Sequence record: PQ417132.1
Strand: one strand, 5' to 3'
DNA from: Escherichia phage vB_VIPECOTH07
DNA: 44,205 nt
Shown here: piece after piece, positions 25,875-34,387 of the stretch
Layout of the letters: every line of letters begins with the position of its first letter
How positions within the stretch are numbered: position 1 is the first letter of the stretch
Translations under genes and position numbers: made by a program
Notes under the pieces: model-generated
The model's input: the letters and a program-made list of their open reading frames with translations, nothing else
What the model was told of the DNA's origin: nothing
Databases searched by the model: none

Positions 25875-26356
25875 ATTCGTGGAAACGTTGATTGTGCGGT
25901 TCCGTAGGCTTTAAGGAAACTACCCAGACAATCCCCGTAACAGCCGTACAAATCTGGCAGATTGTTAATCAGGCACTGGTTCTCAAGGTCCTGGAACGGC
26001 GATTTCTCGGCGGTTGCCGTGAAGGTAATTGTCCAGTTAATCCCGTCTTCGGTGGACTCAGCGATAGTGGACGTAATGGTTACCTGATAATCTTCGATGC
26101 CCATGCCGAAGTCGTGCGCCATCCAGAAACTTGACGCACCGCCATCGACTTTCTCAAGGAACGACAGGAACGCCTGCCGCCCTAGTGCTGAGGTAATCAG
26201 GGTTACGCTTATTGGGAACACGTCGTAATACGTGTCGCGCCCCTGGCGCACTCCGCCGCCAGCTAAATCAACGCTCCAGACGTTGTTACGTCGGGTCATT
26301 GAGTAGCCTTTCGACACCACCGGCTTTAAACTTGCTGGAAATTTCAAAGAAGACAT
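25856..26356 (-). CDS. minor / distal tail protein (M-like, by position)
   Basis: ATG at 26356 with AGGAG upstream; follows tape measure gene apart from the inserted plus-strand gene. Confidence 0.4.
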   Translation of the reverse strand: MSSLKFPASLKPVVSKGYSMTRRNNVWSVDLAGGGVRQGRDTYYDVFPISVTLITSALGRQAFLSFLEKVDGGASSFWMAHDFGMGIEDYQVTITSTIAESTEDGINWTITFTATAEKSPFQDLENQCLINNLPDLYGCYGDCLGSFLKAYGTAQSTFPRIWDPMQ

Positions 26357-26391
26357 GGCAGGATACTCCTATTAGTTTAGGAGATACTAAC

Positions 26392-27042
26392 ATGATGCCA
26401 ACCGAAAAAGTAGCCAAGAGCATGTGGCTGCGTGCGAATTATCCTGCGAACAAAAGCAGCAAAACTAAGCGTGCAACTATATGCGATTTTGGCATAAATG
26501 ACGCCGATTATGTGGTTAGCCCCGAGATAAACGGCAACCGTGAGACGTGTCTGGCGTACGCTACATGGCGAGGGATGATCCAACGTTGCGTGGACGCCGA
26601 GTATAAAAACAAAAGGCCTGCGTACAGGGATGTAACTGTGTGGCATGGGTGGCAAAGGTTTATGTCCTTCCGTAGATGGTGGCTTTGTAATTATGTGGAG
26701 GGATGGGAGCTAGATAAGGATATATTCTCTGGTATTAATAAGGTATACAGCCCTACCACTTGCATCTTCATCCCTAAATGGCTGAATGTTTTCCTAAAGG
26801 AAAAGAAAAATAGGGGAACACCTACGGGTGTTTTTTATGAAGAATCTAGAGGTAAATTTAAAGCCTCAGTGAGCTATGATAAAAAAACTATTAATCTAGG
26901 ACGTTTTGAAACTCAGGAAGAAGCGCTAGATGCTTACATTGCTGAAAAGATAAGGGTGGCGGAATCAAGAAGATGTGAGATAGAGGCGATAAGGGAAGGT
27001 ATGTTCGACCGCGTTATCGCCTTGATAAAAGAGGGTCGTTAG
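26392..27042 (+). mobile_element. AP2-domain protein, probable free-standing homing-endonuclease-like gene
   Basis: C-terminal TGVFYEESRGKFKASVSYDKKTINLGRFETQEEALDAYIAEKIR is an AP2 domain. ATG at 26392 with AGGAG upstream (track 26212). Opposite strand inside the tail operon. No HNH or GIY-YIG catalytic motif confirmed. Confidence 0.5.
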
Positions 27043-27058
27043 CCCAGAGGCTGGAGAA

Positions 27059-27088
27059 ATAAGGCCCTTTCGGGCCTTTATGTTATTA
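27059..27088. terminator. bidirectional hairpin terminator
   Basis: AAGGCCC-tttc-GGGCCTT between convergent gene 26392..27042 (+) and tape measure (-). Confidence 0.55.
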
Positions 27089-29425
27089 CTTAAAGCCAGG
27101 TGCGTTTCTTGTAGCCTTCCTCGCTTTCGATATTTTGCTGTTGCTGTTCTGTAGCGAAGCAGCCACCTGCTCTTCTATGATGATGCGCAAACGGCCTTCG
27201 TCATCCTGCTCGGTAGATACGTTGCCAATCTGACTCGATGTGTTATTTACAATGGTAACATTAGATGGGCCAGAAGAAGACCCATTTTGCCCCATAATTT
27301 CTTTCATCTGCTGCGCAGTTCGTACGCGCGATGCACCAGCAGGCATGATAACTTCTGGTTTACCGCGTTCGGCGATGGTGGAAGCCTGCCCTGCGGATAA
27401 CTGTCCGCCCTGCTCACGAGCGGACCTGATAGCGGAAATCTGCGCCATACCCGCCCCGACGGCAGCGGCAGCGGCTACAGGGGCCAGGAACGGGCCGACT
27501 ACAGGGATAGCCGCCGTTGATTTATACGCCTCAATAGCTGCGGTGTACGTGGCAATAGTGGCCTGTACGATAGCGAATGCCTTATACGCGCCAGAAGCCT
27601 CACCCAACGCAGACCCGATGTTTGAGGCCATGTTGCCAAAGGCCGTTGCCGTTGCGTCGGCGCGCTTCGTAGCATACTGCTCATTGATAGCGTTAAGCGC
27701 CGCCTGATACTGTTTCTCGCTAATCAAACCCTGCTCGCGGTACTTATCCGCTACCGCCAGTTTCTGCTGTTCCTGGATGTCGAGAAGCTCAAGCTCGGTG
27801 GCATTCTGACCCATAATCTGGGCCATGAAGTCTTCACCTTTCTGGTTCTTTTCCTGCCGTTCTTTCTCTCGCTTGGCGAGTTCTTCCTGTCGTGCGGTGT
27901 CAGCTTCCAGCATAATTTGAGTTTTGGCGTTCTCGTATTGCTGGTCGCTAAGAAGCTGGTTGCCGTAAAACTCTTGTAGCTTGGTTAACTGTTGCTCCTG
28001 ATTAGCTTCTATTTTCTGGAATACATCATCATTGAGATGAATAGACTGGTAGTAGAAATCCTCAGCGGCTTTCTTCTGGCGCTCGAACGCATCCGCGGCT
28101 TTCTTAGCGGCTTTTGCCCCCGCGCTATCATCCTCGGACCCGCCACCAGTACCGGTTACCTTAAATTTACTAAGCCCTTCTGCCTTAGCGGCTTCTTTGT
28201 CGATGTCATATGCCGCGCGTTTAAGCGCGACGATATTTTGCTGAGCCTCCACCTGTTCGCGGAAACTTTTACGGGTCAGGTCCGCAACATCACGCTGAGT
28301 ATCCAGTGCCATACCCAGCTGGAAGTTAATGTTTTTTGCTACGTCTACCGATTCACCTGGTGTGAAGGCTGCTTTCACCAACCGGCCAGCATCCTGCGCC
28401 CCTTTAACCATATCTTCAAAGAAACGCTCCATCGCGGTAAATTCTTCCGCGATGAAATCTAGCGCATCGGCGGCTGATTCTGCGATGGTTGTCGCCGTTT
28501 GTTCACCGCTATCGGTGATACTTTTACTGCTAAAATCCCAGAGTTCATTCAGCCCGTTTATCGCGTCGCCTACGAAACCAAATGCCGCGTCGAACGACAT
28601 CTCTATCGCGCTTCCTACTTCCGACGCGATGTCACCCCACATACGCATCTCTGCGGCAAGTTCACCGGATGCAACCTGTGCGTTAAGTTCCTGGATTAAA
28701 TCATCGATGTACCGGATAGGTTCCGCAAGAGCACCAACATCAAGGCTGGTAGCCAGTGTCATTTTTAACTGCGACCAGGAATCGCTGGCACTGGCGATAG
28801 CCCCATTAAGCGTGTTAGCCTGGTCCGCCATAGCCCCAGCGAAGTTTACGTTACCAATGTTGAGCAGGTATTGCTCGATATCGGCAGCGCTCTTCTTAAC
28901 CACCGTAGTAGTGCCCTGGAATGTAAATTCAACATCGTCTTTGTTCTGCTTAGCCTTGATGCCGAATTCTTTAAGGCGCTCAAATTCAAACGTACTGGCG
29001 TCCGCAACGGCCTCAATCATCTGATTTAGGTCTTTACCCATAGCAGCGGCGGTGTTGCCATAGGAGCGCAACGCTTCTTCTGATGGTGTAAGACCAAGCG
29101 CCACAAGTTTACGGAATCCCTCTACTGCCTGTTCAAGACCATACGGAGTGTCGCGCGCGAAGTCTTGCAGGATGCTTAATGCCTGTCTTGCCCCCTGCGT
29201 GCTTCCGGTTAGTGTTTTCAGGCTGGCGGACATCTTATCCAGTTGCCGTTGGGAGTCTACTAGTTCCTGTGCGGCCTTGTACGCGGTAGCAGCGACGATG
29301 GAAGCGAGGCCCGCTACCGCGGCCCCGGCTACCTTTGCGGACTTGGAAAGGTTATCAAGACGGTCTGAGGTAGCTTTCGCGCCTTGCTCTGATACTTTTA
29401 CAACTAAACTAGCTACATCAGCCAT
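27086..29425 (-). CDS. tail tape measure protein
   Basis: 779 aa, Ala/Gln-rich coiled-coil composition, follows tail chaperone genes. Confidence 0.85.
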   Translation of the reverse strand: MADVASLVVKVSEQGAKATSDRLDNLSKSAKVAGAAVAGLASIVAATAYKAAQELVDSQRQLDKMSASLKTLTGSTQGARQALSILQDFARDTPYGLEQAVEGFRKLVALGLTPSEEALRSYGNTAAAMGKDLNQMIEAVADASTFEFERLKEFGIKAKQNKDDVEFTFQGTTTVVKKSAADIEQYLLNIGNVNFAGAMADQANTLNGAIASASDSWSQLKMTLATSLDVGALAEPIRYIDDLIQELNAQVASGELAAEMRMWGDIASEVGSAIEMSFDAAFGFVGDAINGLNELWDFSSKSITDSGEQTATTIAESAADALDFIAEEFTAMERFFEDMVKGAQDAGRLVKAAFTPGESVDVAKNINFQLGMALDTQRDVADLTRKSFREQVEAQQNIVALKRAAYDIDKEAAKAEGLSKFKVTGTGGGSEDDSAGAKAAKKAADAFERQKKAAEDFYYQSIHLNDDVFQKIEANQEQQLTKLQEFYGNQLLSDQQYENAKTQIMLEADTARQEELAKREKERQEKNQKGEDFMAQIMGQNATELELLDIQEQQKLAVADKYREQGLISEKQYQAALNAINEQYATKRADATATAFGNMASNIGSALGEASGAYKAFAIVQATIATYTAAIEAYKSTAAIPVVGPFLAPVAAAAAVGAGMAQISAIRSAREQGGQLSAGQASTIAERGKPEVIMPAGASRVRTAQQMKEIMGQNGSSSGPSNVTIVNNTSSQIGNVSTEQDDEGRLRIIIEEQVAASLQNSNSKISKARKATRNAPGFK

Positions 29426-29777
29426 CGTTTCTGCCCTCGAAAATAGCGTCTAAGCTCATGATGATGTCAGATTCAAACATGTCTATATTCTGGCCCGAAA
29501 CGGTGCTGTATGCCACTAAATCCGACCATCTTAACTGTTCGCGCGGGTACATCTTGATGCCGTCGTCATCCACTCGGCGGGTAAATTTGATTTCCCGGTA
29601 CTTCTCGAAGGTGGTTAATAGCTCAGGGGGGCATTCTGGCCCGGTATCCTGCGTTGCTTCCGGCGCGTCTTGCATAACCCCCATAGCAATTAGCGCGGCT
29701 TTATGTCCGTCGGCAATGCTGTCAAACTCCCGCCGTTTGTGGCGGGTTATGAAGTTCCAACGGGCAAACTGGAGCAA
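29418..29777 (-). CDS. tail assembly chaperone, frameshift-extension ORF (T-like)
   Basis: Open in the -1 frame relative to the upstream G-like gene across its stop; candidate slippery GGAAAAG at 29786..29792. Confidence 0.45.
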   Translation of the reverse strand: MLQFARWNFITRHKRREFDSIADGHKAALIAMGVMQDAPEATQDTGPECPPELLTTFEKYREIKFTRRVDDDGIKMYPREQLRWSDLVAYSTVSGQNIDMFESDIIMSLDAIFEGRNDG

Positions 29778-29782
29778 CGCGT

Positions 29783-30199
29783 CTACTTTTCCTGCAATTG
29801 GTGAAGCTGTTCGTTGTGGAAAACAACAACGTGTTCAGCGAGGCGTTTATATTGTGAGAAAAGAGTGTTCAGGTTCTCTTTATTAAATTCATCGTCGAGA
29901 CTCCAACCGTTAACCAGTTCAAGTGCTAACTGGCGGTTAAGGTCCGTCGCGGCGTCTTCCATCTTAATATTGTATTCCGAGAAATCTTTCAGTTCCTCAC
30001 ATTTATCACGAAGCGGTTTCAATTTACCTAATGCCGCGCGGTACGCAAGTGTAAACGCCCTCATAGCTTTAACGGCAACGTCTGCCTCCGGTGAAACAAC
30101 GTTCAGCCACTCCCCTGAATCGGTGCCGTCTTTCAGTGGTATTGGCATACGGGCGCCTTTTTCTGCCTCAGCTTCGTAATAAAAATCAGAAAGTTTCAT
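29783..30199 (-). CDS. tail assembly chaperone (G-like)
   Basis: 138-aa acidic protein immediately upstream of tape measure; ATG at 30199. Confidence 0.5.
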   Translation of the reverse strand: MKLSDFYYEAEAEKGARMPIPLKDGTDSGEWLNVVSPEADVAVKAMRAFTLAYRAALGKLKPLRDKCEELKDFSEYNIKMEDAATDLNRQLALELVNGWSLDDEFNKENLNTLFSQYKRLAEHVVVFHNEQLHQLQEK

Positions 30200-30306
30200 T
30201 CTTTAATCCTTTGGTTAAGAGGTTACTGGTTAAGGTTAATGCGCCAGACGGGAACCACCCGCTTTTCGTGTGCGACACTAGGCGCAAAATAATTCTAACA
30301 CATTAC

Positions 30307-30335
30307 TTGCACACCCCAACATAATAGGATACTAT
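30307..30335 (+). promoter_or_regulatory. promoter TTGCAC-N17-TACTAT with dyad AATAG-N4-CTATT
   Basis: ACTTGCACACCCCAACATAATAGGATACTATTCACTTA; near-identical to the minus-strand copies at 5415 and 6911; SD AGGAG then ATG 30377. Confidence 0.6.
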
Positions 30336-30348
30336 TCACTTACACCAA
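30321..30348 (-). promoter_or_regulatory. candidate divergent promoter for tail chaperone operon (TTGGTG-N16-TATTAT)
   Basis: Reverse strand of the same element reads GTGTAAGTGAATAGTATCCTATTATGTT, resembling the 10371 and 13360 promoters; lies upstream of gene 30199 on minus strand. Confidence 0.35.
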
Positions 30349-30376
30349 CAATGTTAACTCAAACAGGAGCTACCCC

Positions 30377-30568
30377 ATGACAGGTATTACTATGTTCTTC
30401 TTAATCATTATCGTTTTAGTTTATTTTATCCCATTTCTCGTGGCGCATATGCGCAACCATAAAGCTAAATTAGCGATATTCATGGCTAATCTGTTTCTCG
30501 GTTGGGTTCTGCTGCCGTGGGTATTTATTTTAATCTGGGCGTGCAACTCGAATGTCAAAGAGAAGTGA
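30377..30568 (+). CDS. small two-TM membrane protein, superinfection-immunity (Imm)-like
   Basis: IPFLVAHMRNHKAKLAIFMANLFLGWVLLPWVFILIWAC matches the Imm-like consensus pattern from memory; two hydrophobic helices. Confidence 0.45.
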   Translation: MTGITMFFLIIIVLVYFIPFLVAHMRNHKAKLAIFMANLFLGWVLLPWVFILIWACNSNVKEK

Positions 30569-30606
30569 GCTAGTATAGGACAAATCCTAAACACGAGGAA
30601 GTAAGC

Positions 30607-31737
30607 ATGGCCCAGAAGAAAATAACCGACGAACAGTTACAGGAAGAATTGAACGCCGGGATGAAGAATGTAGACATCGCCCGTAAATACGGCATCTCAG
30701 ACCGAGTTATTCGTATCCGTAAAGCGAAGCTGGCTAAGAAAGGTGTAGGCCACGGGCGTGACGTTAGCCACCTTGTACCAGATGGCTACAAGATTAAAGG
30801 CACATCGTCGCTGGTTGATGAGTTCGGCAACACTAAGTTGCAATGGGTTAAGACCGACACCGATGCCGAACGTCAGGTCGAGTTGATGAAAGCCATAATC
30901 GAGGGCATGAAGTCGGAGATTACCCCCGTTGCTCCTGTTAAAGCCGTTCGCGCCAAACGGGACGACAAGCTACTCAACCTTTACACTGTGTCTGATTTCC
31001 ATCTCGGTATGCTGGCCTGGGCCGACGAGAGTGGCGACGACTGGGATATGAAGATTGCAGAAGACCTGTTCTCCCGTTGGTTCGATGCGGCATTCCAGAA
31101 AGCACCGGATGCGGGGACTGGGGTTATTAACCTGCTGGGCGACTTCGCGCACTTCGATAGTCTGGTTGCCGTTACACCTGCAAGCGGTCACGCCCTTGAC
31201 GCCGACACCCGTTACCAGAAACTTGTCCGCTACATGATTCGCATGGTCCGCCGTGTTGTCGATATGGCGCTGGTTAAGCATAAAAATGTTCGCTTGCTTA
31301 TCGTGCAAGGGAATCACGACGAAAGTGGCATGATTTGGTTGGCTGAGATGTTCAGTACGCTGTATGACAATGAGCCGCGTGTGTTCGTCGATACGTCACC
31401 GGATGTTTACAAGATGGTGCAACACGGCAAAACGACGCTGTTCTTCCATCACGGGCATAAAGCACGATTCGACGCTATTGAACCTGTTATGATTGCCAAG
31501 TTCCGTAAAGCGTTCGGCGAGAGTGTTTACAGCTACGCCCACGTAGGCCATCTGCACCACCAGAAGATTGTAGAAAGCCGTAACATGATTGTTGAGCAAC
31601 ACCGCACCTTAGCGGCTAAAGACGCCTACGCCTCCCGCGGAGGTTGGATGTCGGGCCGTAGTGCAAATGTAATTACTTATAGCGCCGAATTTGGCGAGGT
31701 CGCACGTTTAACTATTTCACCGGAGATGCTGGGATGA
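30607..31737 (+). CDS. HTH-fused calcineurin-like metallophosphoesterase (SbcD/Mre11-like motifs)
   Basis: N-terminal HTH KNVDIARKYGISDRVIRIRK; phosphoesterase motifs VSDFHLG, LGDFAHFD, QGNHDE, FFHHGH, VGHLHH. Confidence 0.75.
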   Translation: MAQKKITDEQLQEELNAGMKNVDIARKYGISDRVIRIRKAKLAKKGVGHGRDVSHLVPDGYKIKGTSSLVDEFGNTKLQWVKTDTDAERQVELMKAIIEGMKSEITPVAPVKAVRAKRDDKLLNLYTVSDFHLGMLAWADESGDDWDMKIAEDLFSRWFDAAFQKAPDAGTGVINLLGDFAHFDSLVAVTPASGHALDADTRYQKLVRYMIRMVRRVVDMALVKHKNVRLLIVQGNHDESGMIWLAEMFSTLYDNEPRVFVDTSPDVYKMVQHGKTTLFFHHGHKARFDAIEPVMIAKFRKAFGESVYSYAHVGHLHHQKIVESRNMIVEQHRTLAAKDAYASRGGWMSGRSANVITYSAEFGEVARLTISPEMLG

Positions 31738-32219
31738 AAGATATTGTAATTTTCGATTTAGACGGGACATTGGCGGATGGGACACATCGTTTGCACCTGC
31801 TGCCGAAAGATAACTACAACGAAACATGGGCGTGGAAGCCCTTTAACATGGCGTGCAAAGATGATGAACCAATTAGAGATAACATAGAACTGTGTAACGC
31901 CCTCAATCGTCGCTATGCCGTTATCATTTTAACGGGCCGTAGTGATGATGCAGAAAAAGAAACCAGAATGTGGTTGCAGCGCCACCGCGTCGAATTTTAT
32001 CAGCTAATCATGCGCAGCAAACACGACAACAGAAAAGACATCGTAATTAAAGAAGAGGTGTTGCGTGCTATTGGGCTGGAAAGAATCTTGTGTGCATTCG
32101 ACGACTCGCCAGCGGTAATAAAGCATTTCCGCGAACTCGGCATAACCACTCACGCGGTTACTGAATACGACTGTAACGGGAACTCTACACACTTAAAACC
32201 ACATGGGAGCGATAAATAA
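31734..32219 (+). CDS. HAD-superfamily phosphatase (polynucleotide 3'-phosphatase-like)
   Basis: Motif I IVIFDLDGTLADG; remaining pattern (ILTGRSDDAEKE...NRKDIVIKEEV...AFDDSPAVI) resembles the phosphatase domain of phage polynucleotide kinase-phosphatase as recalled. Confidence 0.65.
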   Translation: MKDIVIFDLDGTLADGTHRLHLLPKDNYNETWAWKPFNMACKDDEPIRDNIELCNALNRRYAVIILTGRSDDAEKETRMWLQRHRVEFYQLIMRSKHDNRKDIVIKEEVLRAIGLERILCAFDDSPAVIKHFRELGITTHAVTEYDCNGNSTHLKPHGSDK

Positions 32220-32773
32220 TGGCTAAGGTAATTATTCTTAATGGCCCTGCGGGTTGCGGGAAAGACACGCTTGCTATGGCACTGGTAGAAATGGGCTTTG
32301 CGAAAGGAACTACCAGTTTCAAGAATCCGATGTTCAATATCGCTATGGCTGCGTTAGGCCCGGATGCTTACCACGAGTTTCTCGACGGCTACGACGACCG
32401 GGCCAGGAAAGAAAAGCCAGAAGGTTTCCTTAATGGGTTGTCGCGCCGTCGGTTCATGATTGCTATCTCTGAACAATTCATTAAACCGGCCCTCGGCAGC
32501 GATTATTTCGGTAAATATCTCGCTGAAAACTTGCCTGACGGCGACGAAGTTTTTGTAGTGTCCGACGGTGGATTCGCCAGTGAAGTGGTCCCTATCGTCG
32601 CCGCTGGGCATGACGTAAGAATTGTTCGCTTGCACAGAGACGGCTATACGTTTGAAGGGGACAGCCGTGGCTATCTGTATGGCGTTGATGGTGTAAAAGA
32701 TTACGACACCTACATCATACCAGGTGACGTTAAATCGAACGTTATAGACATTGCTTTAAAATTAGGTTTGTAG
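32219..32773 (+). CDS. P-loop kinase (dNMP kinase-like or polynucleotide kinase-like)
   Basis: Walker A GPAGCGKDT; GKD variant and downstream pattern recall phage dNMP kinases. Confidence 0.6.
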   Translation: MAKVIILNGPAGCGKDTLAMALVEMGFAKGTTSFKNPMFNIAMAALGPDAYHEFLDGYDDRARKEKPEGFLNGLSRRRFMIAISEQFIKPALGSDYFGKYLAENLPDGDEVFVVSDGGFASEVVPIVAAGHDVRIVRLHRDGYTFEGDSRGYLYGVDGVKDYDTYIIPGDVKSNVIDIALKLGL

Positions 32774-32775
32774 GG

Positions 32776-32804
32776 AAAAGGCCCCTTTCGGGGCCTTAGT
32801 TTTA
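32776..32804. terminator. bidirectional rho-independent terminator
   Basis: AAGGCCCC-tttc-GGGGCCTT then TTTTA; terminates the plus-strand cassette and, on minus strand, the major tail gene whose stop overlaps the T-run. Confidence 0.7.
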
Positions 32805-33974
32805 CGCGTAACTAATACGTTGAATTACGATAGACGACTGGTACTGATTGCCTGTGGACTGTCCTTCTATGCGCTGAGTGATTGACTCAGGGCCACCAAT
32901 CTCAGGTGTGACCGCCGTAAGCTCTGCGCGTTTAAAACTGAAAGACATAGCCCCGTTTACCCCCGCCAGAATGGAGTTAATCTCTACCTGCTGCTCGTTG
33001 ATAAACTTCTGAATCATCGCCATGTCATACAGCTTACCGGAGATGGAGAAGGTGTTAGCTGCACGGCTACGCTCCACAAACGCTACGTTAGTGTTACCAA
33101 GTTCGAACTGCGCGGACGCGCTGTTATCGTTGGTGATAGTCAGACTGTCGCAACGCAACGGCGTAGAGCCGTCGAACACGGAAACGTCAACCGAAGAGAA
33201 CGGCTCATCACCAAAAGTAACAGATGAGAAGTTGGAACCGGTCGGCGGCGTAGTGAGAATCTCCTGACTGCGACCGATGAATGGGAAGCTGCCAGTTACC
33301 ATCGCGTTAACAGCCTGTTCGATGGTAAAACCAGAAACTTCCACGCCTTTGGTTAACGTGTACGCGTCAGTACCGCCGCACTGGCCTTTGTACCAGGTAA
33401 GGATAGAGAACGTCTTACACGCGTTACCGGTTTCCAACGTGTCGCCAGTTTTAGCCTTACTAGTTTTTGTCTCGGTGGTCAGGGTGTGTTGGATGCCCGC
33501 ACCAGTAACAACCGTAGCCGTTACTGCAGTAACAATAAATGGTTTTGCGTTATCGCCTGTTAAATCGGTAAACGCAATCAGGTCGCCTACCCCAACTCCG
33601 TCAGTGATAAAACTGCCGGTAGCGCGTGTGAACGTCTTGCCCGCGGGTGCGACGGTAATCGATAGTCCTGACAGGGAAACGCCGGATTGCCACGTAGAGC
33701 CTAAAGCGCCCGCTAACCAGTCGTCCTGGCTTTTCGAGCTAAGCTCGATGGCGTATTCTCCACTAACCTGTTTGTTACCGGTGCGGATGGATGTAGTTTC
33801 ACGGCTGCCGTCCAGTTCGTTGGATGTCAGCGTGTCACGGGTAATCGCGGGAACGCCACCCGTGTTACGCAACGGCGACCATACCGGGTTAGTCGGTGTT
33901 ACGCCGGGGGTAGTTTCCGCCACATAGAATTGCGCGGTATTCGCGCCCTTAAAAGGAGTTGTAGCCATATTCAC
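32802..33974 (-). CDS. major tail protein (putative)
   Basis: 390-aa Thr/Ser/Gly-rich protein downstream of head-tail joining genes and followed by a terminator. Confidence 0.55.
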   Translation of the reverse strand: MNMATTPFKGANTAQFYVAETTPGVTPTNPVWSPLRNTGGVPAITRDTLTSNELDGSRETTSIRTGNKQVSGEYAIELSSKSQDDWLAGALGSTWQSGVSLSGLSITVAPAGKTFTRATGSFITDGVGVGDLIAFTDLTGDNAKPFIVTAVTATVVTGAGIQHTLTTETKTSKAKTGDTLETGNACKTFSILTWYKGQCGGTDAYTLTKGVEVSGFTIEQAVNAMVTGSFPFIGRSQEILTTPPTGSNFSSVTFGDEPFSSVDVSVFDGSTPLRCDSLTITNDNSASAQFELGNTNVAFVERSRAANTFSISGKLYDMAMIQKFINEQQVEINSILAGVNGAMSFSFKRAELTAVTPEIGGPESITQRIEGQSTGNQYQSSIVIQRISYA

Positions 33975-34387
33975 AGCCTCTTGGTGAATGCAATAAAGTT
34001 AATTGACAATGGTCTTTTGGCCCATCCGTTTTCTACAATCAGCGGCCCCAGGCTAACCGATTGAACCTCGGCGCAGATGTCGTTACGTGAAAATGACTTA
34101 CCTGCTTTAAACGCCGTGTTAAGTAAGTCTGCCATTTTATTGATTGGCGCGCTACCTTTCACCGATGCGTAGTTAATGTCAACCTGATAAATACCAGAGC
34201 GTTGTTCCGTGAAGAACAAATCCGCCTGTTCCGTATCTGCCAGCAACATGTAACTTGCCAGATACGGCGTATCGGTTGACGTCGGTGCGTCGATATTTTC
34301 AAGCGCGACTTTGATGCCGTTGGCGGTTCCGAAGGCTACCAGCGGCACATCAAACGCTTTTGTTAAGTCCTCAAAGTAGCCCATCAT
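33971..34387 (-). CDS. tail terminator / tail completion protein (by position)
   Basis: Synteny only. Confidence 0.3.
   Translation of the reverse strand: MMGYFEDLTKAFDVPLVAFGTANGIKVALENIDAPTSTDTPYLASYMLLADTEQADLFFTEQRSGIYQVDINYASVKGSAPINKMADLLNTAFKAGKSFSRNDICAEVQSVSLGPLIVENGWAKRPLSINFIAFTKRL

Noticed and set aside
27240-29453. Plus-strand ORFs (155, 156, 231, 101 aa) inside the tape measure gene
   Set aside because: Ala/Ser-rich mirror frames of the coiled-coil tape measure coding sequence; no RBS; overlap a high-confidence gene.
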